A stretch of 64,000 bases of DNA from Octopus bimaculoides (taxonomy: Eukaryota). The notes beneath the pieces were generated by a model. That model ran no database searches. It was not told where the DNA came from and saw nothing but the letters and a program-made list of their open reading frames with translations. The translations under genes were made by a program, and so were the position numbers. The stretch lies in NCBI RefSeq assembly GCF_001194135.2, contig NC_068984.1, positions 102,946,901 to 103,010,900 on the forward strand. Reading direction: 5' to 3'. Below are positions 26,899 to 39,956 of the stretch, in pieces (position 1 is the first letter of the stretch; every line of letters begins with the position of its first letter).

Positions 26899-26975
<77 letters not shown>
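26135..26975 (+). mobile_element. R4/Dong-clade 3' end (CCHC knuckle, RLE, 3' UTR, (TAA)n tail)
   Basis: SLIIAAQDQAL..CRLCGKSVENVTHLVSG..YKRRHDKV; KYSELKVEMGRL..VIPVVIGALG..LQKAALLGTAHILRKVLS; (TAA)n at 26900-26975. Confidence 0.92.
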
Positions 26976-27435
26976 CGCCACACTAAAAGAAGGTCCCTTT
27001 ATAATCACTTCTGCATAGAGTTGAAAAGCGTGTAAAAATTCTTACAGAAGTTGCTGTGTGCAGGGTGCCGCATAGGATCAAATCTTCCCCGACAGAAATC
27101 ATCAAAAGCATGTAATGTAGCAGAGTATTGTAACTTCAAAATATATGGTGATAGAAACCACATTATCTCTGGCTAACTAATCTTAGCCGTGATAGAATGC
27201 ATTTACAGACATGACAGAGTTGTAACATGATGCTCAATAGTCACGGTGTGCTGGAAATCTCATAGAGAAGGCCCTTCCCCCAGACTCAGCAAGTAAAAGC
27301 ATAACGAGATAATGTGAGAGCCTGTACGCTATCGCTTGACTCTCTAGAAATGACAGCATAATCTCTCTTAAATGGCACTTTACCATCTTAAACAAGTATA
27401 CATTAGATAATTTAGACCCTAATAGAGAAATAGCG

Positions 27436-27709
27436 TAATAGCCGTTAGTAGAGGGTTCCAGTTGATCCAATCAACGGAAAAGACACGCGAACCTTTAACG
27501 TAGTTCTCAGGGAGATTCAACCTGACACAGAGTATGACAAGGCTAACTCTTTGAAATACAGGTACTGCTCATATTTTCCAGCTGAGTTCACTGGAGCAAC
27601 GTGAAATAGAGTTTCTTGCTCGAGGACACAACGCGTCGCTGGGAATTGAACTCACGACCTTACAATCGTGAGCCGAATACCCTAACCACTAAGCCACAGG
27701 CCTTCACGT
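27436..27709 (-). mobile_element. tRNA-derived SINE, family 'C' (central TTGTGTCC..GAGCAAG box, CTGAGAACTACGTTAA tail)
   Basis: Rc head GGCCTGTGGCTTAGTGGTTAGGG...GTGAGTTCAATTCCC; tail shared with the 55936 copy. Confidence 0.8.
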
Positions 27710-28089
27710 CAGTAGAACATTACTGATAATAGATGTGCTCCACCAGGACTGGGCTGGGAGTGAACACGTAATTAACAACCAGCAATATTCATCATCCAGT
27801 AAGATGCTACAACACATACACTTGCATAATTGGTACCCGCACATTGATAAGAATCTCAGTCATTCACTATTACTCAGACAAATCACATTCTGCACAACTG
27901 CTCACCAGTGAAACAGCCATACTGCACATACACTACACAGCCTGCGTCCGACATTAAAATACATAACACAATTCACACACTGAAGAACTCCGACATCCTC
28001 AAAGAAGTTCATTTGCCGTTGATAGATGGCTGTTGTAGTTTGAAAGGTGCTGTCACCAGCTTCAGAAAGGATAGAAAGCCTTCTAAGGT

Positions 28090-28300
28090 GAGCAGGCAGT
28101 GTCGTTACCGCGTCAAACAAAATGCTTAGCAGAATTTCTTTTGTTTTTACGTTCTGAGTTCAAATTACACCGAGGCCGACTTTGTCTCTCATCATTTCAG
28201 GGTCGATGAAATAGGTACCAGTTGCACACTGAGATCAATGTAATCGACTAGATCCTTTTCCCCTAATTTCGGGCTCTGTGCCATAACAAAATGGATTGTT
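28090..28300 (+). mobile_element. SINE family A, diverged
   Basis: AAGGTGAGCAGGCAG...TTCTGAGTTCAAATTACACCGAGGCCGAC...TGTGCCATAAC. Confidence 0.75.
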
Positions 28301-28795
28301 AAGGCCTTCTCTGACATCATTTGTTAAGTAGAATATTTTTACGCTTGTTTTCTATGCATATCTACTTGTTTGTGAAGTAAAAAAAATAATATTCGTATAT
28401 TCCTCCAATAATTAAGAAAATAGTAAGAACCTCTTATAAATCAGTTAGTGAAAGCTTCAATAAATGTTTATAGAACAACGATGCTCTTCAGTTAAAACTT
28501 ATGAAGCACCACATAATGAAGATAACTATTGGCAGTAATACCATTTATTGTTACTTTTCGCTTTATCTCTTCTGTTTTTCATCCAGTTGGATATTCCAGA
28601 ACGGCATACTTAGCGAAAACAAGCTAGGATATACAAACTAAGAGACCAGATAATTTATCAGCTATATCTTCTGCATGGAGTTAAGAATGTTGTTTGAGAT
28701 GAATTTGAACGTAATTTTTCAGTATTAAAATAGTGAATGCACTTCATCGTTATTTATGCTTGCATTTGTATGTATGAAAGCATGTATGTATGTTG

Positions 28796-28916
<121 letters not shown>

Positions 28917-28925
28917 GCACACATA

Positions 28926-29470
28926 CAGCGGTTGGACAAAATAATGGAAACACCTAGCATTATAGCATCATAATTTTGAAATATCTAGAAAACCGTTAAA
29001 AGCTTGTTTATTTTTATGTTATTTGATTTATTATTAGTGTTGCTTAAAATGTTTTGCTAAAATTGTTCTTTCTTTACAGATATCAGGAAAAGGTAATTGA
29101 CGGATCTATCGGACTTTCAAAGGGGTCAAACTGTTGGTGCTCGTATGGCAGGCGCTAGTGTAACGAAAACAGTCGAAATGTTTGGTGTATCAAGAAGAAC
29201 TGTCTCGAAAGTTATGACAGCTTTGAGAAAAAGGAAAAGACCTCCTCGTCGAAACAAAACTCCGGAAGAAACCAAAACATTCAGATAGAGACCGTCGGAC
29301 TCTTACGAAAGGATCACAAAGGTACAGCTCCCAAAATTACAGCAAAGCTTAATGGCTACTTCGAGAACCCAGTTTCCACAAAAACTGTTCGCCGGGAGCT
29401 GCTCGAAGCCGGATTTGACGGGAGGGCTGCAATCGGAAAACGACTACTTTCAAAAACAAACGTTGTAAAC
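28926..29470 (+). mobile_element. Tc1 transposon 5' part (left TIR plus HTH region)
   Basis: TA-CAGCGGTTGGACAAAATAATGGAAACACC; MTDLSDFQRGQTVGARMAGASVTKTVEMFGVSRRTVSKV; closely similar to the copy at 50462-51430. Confidence 0.88.
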
Positions 29471-29519
29471 GTTGTCAGTTCAGATCAGTTCCACTGCGAA
29501 ACAACTTGGGAAAATGCCA

Positions 29520-29908
29520 TCTAATATAAACCCAGGACACTAGGCTGACCAATTGCTAGTGAATGAATACAGTGGACGCAAATTCTATGGAAGCAGGTCG
29601 TGTGTTTCTCTCTCTCTCTCTCTCTNNNNNNNNNNNNNNNNNNNNNNNNNNNNNNNNNNNNNNNNNNNNNNNNNNNNNNNNNNNNNNNNNNNNNNNNNNN
29701 NNNNNNNNNNNNNNNNNNNNNNNNNNNNNNNNNNNNNNNNNNNNNNNNNNNNNNNNNNNNNNNNNNNNNNNNNNNNNNNNNNNNNNNNNNNNNNNNNNNN
29801 NNNNNNNNNNNNNNNNNNNNNNNNNNNNNNNNNATATATATAAATAAACATATATATATACAATATATATATATGTATGTATGTATGTATACATATATGT
29901 ATACATAC

Positions 29909-29964
<56 letters not shown>

Positions 29965-30195
29965 ATATATATATACATTGGGTGCGGTGGGATGTCTTTT
30001 TGTCTGTGTTTGCCCGCTTCACTGCATGCTAGTATTGATTTGCTTACGAACTTGTAACTTAGCAGTTTGGCAGTAGACCCGATAGATTAGTGCTAGCCTT
30101 AAAATAAAATAGCAATCACTGGAGTCGATCTGTTCGATTAAAACCCCTTCCAGGCGGTACCCCAGTATGGCCGCAGTCCAATGACAGAAATAAAT
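29520..30195 (+). mobile_element. SINE family B-like copy split by an expanded internal microsatellite and gap
   Basis: GGAAGCAGGTCGTGTG before the repeat; GTCTGTGTTTG...GGCGGTACCCCAGTATGGCCGCAGTCCAATGAC after it. Confidence 0.65.
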
Positions 30196-31574
30196 GATTA
30201 GAAGATAAAAGGAGAATTTCTGTACTTTTCCTGGGTAAAATAAATCAATACTTGTGTTCATTGATCATAGGATAGAAGCATAATAACAGCGATTTTATTT
30301 CCTCTTTTATGTATAATACGCATCTTCATCGTTAACAAAAGCTGAAATTACAAAAATGCCGAACAGGACCGAACGAAGAAACCAGACACAAGGCAATAGA
30401 AAATGATATCTCGAATTAGAGAAGCAGTAAGTGCATTAGAGAAAGCGAGAGAGAGAGAGAGGGGGGGAGGTGGAGAGAGAGAGGGATGAGAGCGAAGGAG
30501 AATGAGAGAAATAGACAGACAAGCAGATAGAACAGAGCAGAGCAGAGCGGTAGACTCAGTGCAGTATCCTGATTATTGGATGACACTTAAGTGATAAACT
30601 TTCTGGAATTGATCCTAATCTTGCTGAAAATCTAAACCTCAGAACTGATTCTGATCAATAAAAATATATCGTTTTGTTCTGCTGCAAAACTTGAAATGCA
30701 GTAAAGTGATATAAGTGATAGATTGCAGGTCGGAGGTATAAAGAAGAATATGATAACTAGAAAAATGAATATTGATATATAATTATATATATATATATAT
30801 ACATGTACATATGCATATATATATATACACACACACACATACACACATAGATATACACACACACACATACACACATACACAAACATGTGTGCTTATAATC
30901 TAGTATCTAGTACCAGTCGTACAGTAAAAAGCCGAACTTGAGAAAGAGATTATTATGTTGAAGATCCTTTTAATCCACGTCACGTTCTTTCTGACGTATA
31001 ATACGAATCGGTGAATGAGCACTTTATGATGCTCGGAGCCAAACCATGTTTAAAATGTTTATATTGAACTTTCGTTGTCGAATGATGGCTAATGGATTTT
31101 CCACTGCATTCCATAGTAAACATTTCGTTGTTCATTCAACTGAACTACCTACTTATTAAATTAACCAGTAAGTTGCCGAGTATTCCACAGAGACTTATAC
31201 CTCTAACGTAATCCTAAATCAGAAGNNNNNNNNNNNNNNNNNNNNNNNNNNNNNNNNNNNNNNNNNNNNNNNNNNNNNNNNNNNNNNNNNNNNNNNNNNN
31301 NNNNNNNNNNNNNNNNNNNNNNNNNNNNNNNNNNNNNNNNNNNNNNNNNNNNNNNNNNNNNNNNNNNNNNNNNNNNNNNNNNNNNNNNNNNNNNNNNNNN
31401 NNNNNNNNNNNNNNNNNNNNNNNNNNNNNNNNNNNNNNNNNNNNNNNNNNNNNNNNNNNNNNNNNNNNNNNNNNNNNNNNNNNNNNNNNNNNNNNNNNNN
31501 NNNNNNNNNNNNNNNNNNNNNNNNNNNNNTATATATATATATATATTCTATTCCTTTTTCCTCGTATTTTTTTT

Positions 31575-31880
31575 TATCATATGACTGCGGCCATACAGCA
31601 GCACCACCTTTAGTCGAGCAAATCGCCCCCAGGACTTATTCTTTGTAAGTCTAGTACTTATTCTATCAGGTTGTTTTGCCGTACCGCTGAGTTACGGGGA
31701 CGTAAACACACCAACATCGGTTGTCAAGCGATGTTGGGGGACAAACACAGACACACAAACATACACATACACACACACACATGCACACACACACACACAT
31801 ATATCTTTATATATATATACGACCGGCTTCTTTCAGTTTCCGTCTACCAAATCCACTCACAAGGCTTTGATCGGTCCGGC
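31575..31880 (-). mobile_element. SINE family B, 3' two-thirds
   Basis: Reverse complement of the family B tail and of GGATTTGGTAGACGGAAACTGAAAGAAGCC. Confidence 0.85.
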
Positions 31881-32025
31881 CATTCCGATAGAGATATTTG
31901 TGTGTATCTCTGTATCATGTATATCTACAAATGCATGTGCGCGCGCGCATGCATACATACATAGATACATGCATATGCATATATATATATATATATGTGT
32001 GTGTGTGAGTGAGTGTGTGTGTGTG

Positions 32026-32065
<40 letters not shown>

Positions 32066-32086
32066 AGTATAAAATGCCTTTTTTTT

Positions 32087-32292
32087 TTATACACAGAGGA
32101 GACCCTTGACAGGGCCCCTTACATGCCTAGAAGAGCAGTTAAAACCCAAACCACGGAAAAAGAATTCATGAGGCACGCTGTTATAACACTAGAACGAACA
32201 CAAAAAAAAAAAAATGAATTAGTTAATCTCGAACTCAACTGCCCTTTGAGACATGTAAGGTGCCCTATCAAGGGTCTCCTCTCTGTGTATAA
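32087..32292. mobile_element. ~205-bp MITE with ~55-bp TIRs and TA ends
   Basis: TTATACACAGAGGAGACCCTTGACAGGGCCCCTTACATGCCTAGAAGAGCAGTT versus rc of the right end TTATACACAGAGAGGAGACCCTTGATAGGGCACCTTACATGTCTCAAAGGGCAGTT. Confidence 0.85.
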
Positions 32293-32448
32293 GAATATAT
32301 TATAGACTTATATTTTTTTTAAATATGTCTTATGACTTTTATTTATGCATACTAACTACTGGTAATAAATTTATTTTAATTTATTAGCTTCATATTTACG
32401 ACAGTTACATGTATATACTGATATAGTTAGACAGACAGACAGACAGAC

Positions 32449-32508
<60 letters not shown>

Positions 32509-32984
32509 GCACAGAGAAAGATGAAGAGAGAAAAGGGAGAACAAATCAGAAAGAGAGAGAGAGGGAGAGAGACTAGATAACAGAGAGGGCAATTTGTATA
32601 TTCACGAAACTATGATAGCTGAAGCTTCTCTCCTGAAATGGTAAAATTACAAGAAAAAGATGTGTGTTTGGTGGCAACGATTGTTGAAGTGGAAGCAGTT
32701 TTAAGGTACTTTAAGCAGGCGACATACTGAGATGCAATATTTCGCCTTAATGACATTTCAAATGCCTTAAGACATGACACTAATCACGAATCAATGTTTT
32801 TAGTCAACTGAATCTGATACCGTGACCACCTCGAGGCATTTGCTACAATAACAAGTTTCATGAAAATGATGATAATATTGATATCGATCAGGATTATTAT
32901 CATCATTATCAATGATTACTGTGATTTGTTGTGGAAATGAATCCTCGCTTATATCTTGATTGTGTTTATATATGCAGATTTAGG

Positions 32985-33535
32985 ATGTATACAGCCATCT
33001 TATATATACTATTTAGCATTGCCCTGTTATATATACATGCTTATTGTTAGTATAACCATCTTATATTCTCATTCTTTTGGTTAGTATAGCCGTGTTATAT
33101 AAGCACTGCTAAGTATCGTTATGTTATGTGTACGTGTTTAAAATATATAGTACTGTTATCTTATATACATTCTTTAACATTGCCATGTTATATACACAGT
33201 CTTACGATTTGTATAGCCATCTTATATACATCATTTAGTGTTGCTGTGTTGTATAAACATACTTATGATTGGCTTAGCCATCTTATATACATATGCTTTT
33301 AGTTCGTATAGTAGTGTTATATACACTGCTAAGTATCGCTATGTTATATGTACATGCTTATGTAGATAAACTATTGCCTTCTTATATACACTTTTTAGTA
33401 GCGCCATGTTATATACCAGATTATCATTAGCATCGCCATCTTATATATACATCGTTGTGCTTAGTATCGCTGTGTTATATACACATGCTGAATAACAGCA
33501 TGTGATATACACGTGTTTATGTTTAGTATGACGAT
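32985..33535. repeat. Diverged minisatellite, ~30-38-bp period
   Basis: Recurrent core TAGYAT(C/A)GCCAT(C/G)TTATATAC. Confidence 0.7.
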
Positions 33536-34111
33536 ATTATGCAATACAGTGATAAACCCTAATTAGCATAACTAGAGACTGTAGGGGTCTTTTAAAACTA
33601 TTTTCATTTGTTTGGCATGAACGTGTATTTGTATGTGTGTGATTGTGTGTATATGTGTGTGTGTGTTTATGTGTGGAAGTAGCAAATATGTCACTTTCTG
33701 GTCTTTCTAGGGAACTATATCATGCGCAGCTGTGATAACGATAAAACGCCTCTTGCAGTATGTGTTCAGAGATTTAACCACCCACGTTGACACATATCTT
33801 CATTATATCATAAAAGTTTTTGTTGAATGTTTTGCCTTTCTCGGTTACGGCTCACTATGATATGAAAGACACATACTAAGTGATGTTATAAAATCATGCA
33901 GTGTTGTGTTTGAAGATTTATGAGCAAAGGTCTTGTACCGAACCAATCTCACTTTCTGAACAACGTTTGCAGTCGCCCAAAAACAAGAACTACTCTACAT
34001 CATTGAATGCAAACGAAGCTGCAGGTGTTACACCAGAGTTTTCTTTCTCCAATAAAATTGTCGGAAATTCTGGCCTTGATCCATTGCGCACGCATACACA
34101 CACACACACGC

Positions 34112-34159
<48 letters not shown>

Positions 34160-34170
34160 ACACTCTCACA

Positions 34171-34206
<36 letters not shown>

Positions 34207-34211
34207 GTATA

Positions 34212-35159
34212 CAGGGTGCTCCAGAAAGATTTACTCATGTTTAAAACTCTTCCTAAAGAATATCTGTCCAGGTAATATTATCTACATTTAACATAAAGAT
34301 TTGCATATATCTTTTGTTTATGTGTCTATTGTTTCGTCTGTCTATAACAGGTTTGTAAATAAACATGGCGTCGAAAGCAAAACGTGACGCTTTGAAAACA
34401 TCGGGAGTGAGCAACAAAGACATAATAAAGCAGTTGGATGTGTGCCGTTAAACAGTGTTCAATACCTGGAAACGATATATGGAGACTGCTACTACCTCTA
34501 GCAAGCCAATTCCTAGTAGGAAATGATCAATTCGTTCCAAACGATTGAAGCTATGAAGAAGTGAATGAACCGAAATCCACAAGAGAGTGCAGGAAAAATC
34601 TGCAAAAGCTCTTGATATTTCGAAATTGTCAATGCACAAGGTTTTTTAAGAGGATTTAAAACTAACTGCATACAAGTATCAATCCCGGCAATTAATTTCA
34701 GGAGCTTCCAAGAAGAAACAGCTCGACGGGTTTAAAACCATGTTAGCTGAGATAAACGCGCGCTAACAAAGTGTTGATCTGGTCCGACGAGATCGTCACC
34801 GCGGGGACAGTTACCAGCAGGCAGATGATAGGCTTCATGCACCTACTGCAGGAGACTTATCCGAAAGTAGCAGGAGTCATTTACGTCATCAGAAGCCAGC
34901 TACACTCATGGTGTGGACCGCAGTTGCATCTGATGTGTCCATGTCTCCCCCGATCTTCAGGAGAGAAGCTTCAGCTATCATAGTTTCGTGAATACAAATT
35001 GCCCTCTCTGTTATCTAGTCTCTCTCCCTTCCTCTCTCTCTCTCCCTTCCTCTCTCTCACTCCCTTCCTCTCTCTCTCTCTCCCTCTTTCTGATTTGTTC
35101 TCCCTTTTCTCTCTGCATCTTTCTCTGTGCATCTATATATCTATCTATCTATCTATCTA

Positions 35160-35203
<44 letters not shown>

Positions 35204-35746
35204 ACTATATCAGTATATACATGTAACTATCGTAAATATGAAGTTTATGTTAAAATGTTGGATGAGAAAGTGTTACCCTGGTTCATAGAAACCTTTGGTT
35301 ACCATTACATCATCAATCAAGACCGGTCTTCAGCCCACACATTCAATTTGACACAGAGGTAGTGCAAAAAGCATTTCAGCGGTTTTTGGAACAAAAAGAT
35401 ATAGATCTCCCTCAAGTCCAGACATCAATCCCATAAACTTTGCTATCTGGTTCATCTTCGAGAGTAACGTTTCTACTCGCCCCTATTCAAATGTATCAGA
35501 TCTGAAGAAAGCCCTTCTGTGTTCATGGGTCAAGACGGATGAAGAGGTGGTACGGTGCTCATGCAATTCAGCGACCACTCGTTTGCAGGTTATGATCAAG
35601 GCAAAAGGTGGTCATTTTGAAATGTAATTCCTGGAATGGATTGTCAATTTACTTTAGAACGTTTGAGCCAAATTTCATTATCCTACCTTAAGTTTATTTT
35701 GAATAATTAAGAAATATCAATGGGTAAATCTTTCTGGGACACCCTG
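34212..35746 (+). mobile_element. Tc1/mariner DD37D (maT-like) transposon, both TIRs, disrupted transposase
   Basis: TA-CAGGGTGCTCCAGAAAGATTTACTCAT ... ATGGGTAAATCTTTCTGGGACACCCTG-TA; motifs LIWSDE, NQDRSSAHT, SPDINPINFAIW, VMIKAKGGHFEM. Confidence 0.88.
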
Positions 35747-35778
35747 TAAATTCTCACTATCTCTCTCTCTCTTTCTCT

Positions 35779-35817
<39 letters not shown>

Positions 35818-35945
35818 NNNNNNNNNNNNNNNNNNNNNNNNNNNNNNNNNNNNNNNNNNNNNNNNNNNNNNNNNNNNNNNNNNNNNNNNNNNNNNNNNNN
35901 NNNNNNNNNNNNNNNNNNNNNNNNNNNNNNNNNNNNNNNNNNNNN

Positions 35946-35977
<32 letters not shown>

Positions 35978-37185
35978 CCTGATTTGTAAATAAACGTTAT
36001 AAATTATAAATTCCCTATTGCTTTCTTTTCTATTTTTCTCTTTTCTCTTATTTCTTCTCTTTGATAAAAGGTTTAATCCGAAACATTAGATTCTCTTCTC
36101 TTCCCTTCATTGGCGTATATATTTTCAGTGTACACATTTTAGCCTTATAATCTTACCCATTTTATTTTTAAACTTACATATACAGATGTGTATGCGTGTG
36201 TATATCGACTGGTTGTTCATTTTATCCCTACAGCAAGGAAGACAATCGTCCTACCGGAAATCCCCAGCACTTTTTCATTAGTAGAGTGGAAGAAAAAATA
36301 TTATATTATCTTTCTGCATTTATTTACTTCGTTTTACGTCTTTTTCTATCGGCAGTGACTTTCCTTACTGCTACTGGCAAACAAATTCTACTCATAAGAT
36401 GTTATGGTAGACCTGTGGTTGTGGTAGAAGAGATTTAAATATGATGGAATGTTGCATATTGGAAGACACATATTTGTCAAATGAAATTCTTACACACACA
36501 GCCAAGATTGGGAGTGTGCAGGTGCGCGCGCGCGTGTGTGTATGTGTGTGTTTGACAACTAGTTACTAATACAATTCCACTCTAGATATTGACCAGGAAT
36601 CAGAAGCACGACCAAACATTTTGCCACATCATAATACACAGTATTGCTTTGAAATATGTGATAAACGAATGTTACAGATGTATGTGATTTTAAATAATTA
36701 AAATAATCTTTCCGCGGTGTCATTGCTTCAGTTTCAACACATCGTCTCCAGATGGAGTAGTTACCTGGCAAAACAACTATGTCTGCATTACACACACACA
36801 CTCGTATATGCACGCGTGCACACACACACACACACACAAGTACGCACACATGCACAAATGTGTGTGTGCGTATGTGTGTGTATGTATTCTTTTATTGAAA
36901 TCTAAAGTTTCACGCTGTGACTACTCACAGTTTTCCGTTACTATCACATTCCTCAAGGCAAACGTGATAGTGAAGAATCAGCCTCGAATATATGAATAAA
37001 GTCTACTACATGTTTCAGTACATTCTTCTCTCGTTTGTACAACTAAACATTTATGTATGTATATATGTATGTATGTATGTATGCATGTATGTATGTATGT
37101 ATGTATGTATGTATGTATGTAGGCATGTATGTATGTATGTATGTATATGTATGTGTGTATATACATGTATATGTATGAATGTGTC

Positions 37186-37221
<36 letters not shown>

Positions 37222-37699
37222 CGTATGTATGTGTTTCATGTGTACAGACACACATATATGTGTGAGTCTGTACGAATGTACTTATGTATGTATGTACCTA
37301 TGTATGTGTGTGCATATGTATATATATCGTATTTATACATGCACGTGTGTATGTATGTATGTATGTGTGTGTGTATGTATGTATGTATGTATGTGTGTGT
37401 ATGTATGTATGTATGTATGTATGTATGTATGTATGTATGTATGTGTGTGTGTATGTATGTATGTATGTATGTATGTTTGTGACTGCATTCTCGCAGTAAG
37501 TATGCAGCGGTGTACCAGAAAATAAATACTTGTATCAACTTACAGCAGTGGTTAACACCTGACTGAACTAATATTCGAAATACGGGTGTCTTCATGAATG
37601 TAGAAACATCTGTGTCGAAACTCAAAGTATGTATTTTCTAGATAAAAGAAAATACCGAAGTTGAGTCAATAAAACTCCTAAAAGCTATGTTGTGAACAC

Positions 37700-37935
37700 T
37701 TATTTTCACTTCATAATCGTGAACGAAACTGCGTGGAATTGACCATGAGAGAAACATGTCTGAAGGTTGAATCTACAACTTCGTTACATTATTAGCCTTG
37801 AGTTTTCTTAGATATCACAAAACAGAGCCTGGCACGATATTTAAATGAACGGGAAGACGGAAGACCTGTTGTAATTAAAGGAAGTATTGTGTTGAGCATT
37901 CTTACTACCTTGAAATGTCCTAAAGTCACTCTTGT
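37700..37935 (-). mobile_element. Helitron-type (PIF1-family) helicase C-terminal remnant
   Basis: Minus strand YRARLCFVISKKTQG followed (other frame) by CFSHGQFHAVS, resembling PVRL.FAMTINKSQGQ...CFSHGQLYVA.SRV. Confidence 0.55.
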
Positions 37936-37939
37936 TATT

Positions 37940-38140
<201 letters not shown>

Positions 38141-38274
38141 GACATTTGATAGTTTCAGGCAGATTTCTACTGCATCACCTGTTACGCCTCCGTGTTGTTG
38201 AGGTGTGTACAACATTGTGCGTTCCTATTTGTTGTTAGGGGAGTGCAAGCTCTTCCCGTCACTTTATAAATTAT

Positions 38275-38315
<41 letters not shown>

Positions 38316-38649
38316 TAGCATTATCGTCATCGTTATTATTATTGCTGCTGCTGTTGTTACTGTTACTGTTAAGTTGCATTGGGTAACTTTAATGTCTTCG
38401 CTACAATCATTGTGTCCTGAAGGAATGAGGCTACATTAAACGTTAATTAGAAAATATGGCTTTAGCACCTCATTGTGACGGACCTGCGAGGGAGGTCCTG
38501 CATGGTTTCACAGTCTGATAGAAATAGAAACTACATCCACTGAAATACACCAATCAACATTAAAAAATAAAAAGAACACATAAATACGGAATAGTCACGA
38601 CTGGAACGCTATTGGTCACTTGTTTTCTCAAAAAGATCTGACCTGGTGC

Positions 38650-39400
38650 TCTGCAATTACCATTGATTTCATTGGTCCCATTAATCCTAATATGAGATGG
38701 CATATCATGTTTTTAAAACTGAATTCATGAACTCCTCTGTATATTGAACCTCTTAATCAATATATTAAAGCTGTATCTATAAGCTTGAATGACTGTACAA
38801 TCCAGATAGAAGATGGAGATTGATGATTTGATTGATGATTTTTCTTAATTTTATCGCTTGGGTGCAGGTTTTGATCTTTCCTGCAACCACTTAAAACCAT
38901 GAAAGTGTTACGCTCTGCTAGAGAAAACTTTGACTTTAAAATCTTTCATGAAACTCATACTTGGAAATTCAATAGATTATTGCTGTTACAGATAGTCAAA
39001 TGGTTATTGGCACCCTTAGAAGATGATACATCATTAGCATATTCATCCGCAGATTAATATGTGGTCCAATAAAAGATGGTTTCAGGCCGGCATTCAATCT
39101 ATCAAATTTCATTTCTCTTAAGAAAACTACTAAAGTCCCTCAAAATCATAGGACAACCACACTGCCAAAACATTAGTTAAAAGAGTAGAATGAGAAGAAG
39201 CTGGTGAGGATATGCTTCGGTGAACCTTAAATGACAAGTTCGAATTCCATGGAGAAACGGAAACAGTTTCTATCGGCTTGAAACGGTGTCTTGCATGACA
39301 TTGTACTTCCATCCAAACTGCCGCCCCCTTGACACCCAGGCATATTCCTAGCGCTCCCACTCCAACAAACCATCACAAACATAGGCCTCTTTCTGAAACA
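38650..39400 (-). mobile_element. Highly decayed APE-type LINE RT remnant (CR1/Jockey-like)
   Basis: EYANDV (YADD-like) near 39040 and weak RT-domain resemblance upstream; no clean ORF. Confidence 0.3.
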
Positions 39401-39469
39401 AATTCAAAGCAACTGTATTTCATAAATAAAACTTAACCTAACGAATCCATTATTTTGTTGTTTTTACAT

Positions 39470-39599
39470 GAATCACCATCCCATCATTGCCCCAATTTTT
39501 ACATGAATTCTTACATCATTGCCCCAATTTTCTTCAACGACCCCTTGAAACTTTCCACCGCCCTTAGCGGGGCAGTACCGCCCACTTTGGGAACCACTG
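39470..39599 (-). mobile_element. Solo hAT-type terminus
   Basis: Rc CAGTGGTTCCCAAAGTGGGCGGTACTGCCCC is a typical Charlie/Buster end; partner TIR not found. Confidence 0.6.
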
Positions 39600-39602
39600 T
39601 CA

Positions 39603-39956
39603 TAAACTATAGCTTCTTTTACGAGAAGTATTAAATCTCCCATAACATTAATCTCTTAAACCATAGTTTCTCTTATGGGAAGTGTTAAACCTCCCATAGC
39701 ATTAATCTTTTAACCATAACTTCTGTTATCGGAGGTGCTAAGTCTCTCATAATGTTAATCTCTTATACCATAGCTTCTCTTACAGGAAGTGTTAAACCTC
39801 CCATAAGGTTAATCTTTTAAACCATAGCTTCTCTTACGTGAAGTGTTAAACCTCTCATAACATTAATCTTTTAAACCATAGCTTCTCTTATGGAAAGTGT
39901 TAAGCCTCCCATAACATTAATCTCTTATATCATAGCTTGCCTTATGGGAAGTGTTA
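39603..39956. repeat. ~54-bp minisatellite, about 6.5 units
   Basis: Unit TAAACCATAGCTTCTCTTATGGGAAGTGTTAAACCTCCCATAACATTAATCTCT. Confidence 0.92.

Noticed and set aside
27780-28060. Possible LINE RT scrap (TSETAILHIH)
   Set aside because: A single short motif is insufficient to classify.
37709-37765. GAAACATGTC-TGAAG with upstream CTTCA, resembling a minimal hammerhead
   Set aside because: No CUGAnGA core, and the same bases are explained on the other strand as the helicase motif CFSHGQ.
39155-39167. 13-nt match to the 5' part of miR-34 (TGGCAGTGTGGTT on minus)
   Set aside because: The match stops at nt 13, there is no precursor hairpin, and it lies in a decayed LINE-like region.
39603-39956. 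CRISPR-like array of palindromic repeats
   Set aside because: Units are contiguous with no unique spacers, there are no cas genes, and the context is eukaryotic.
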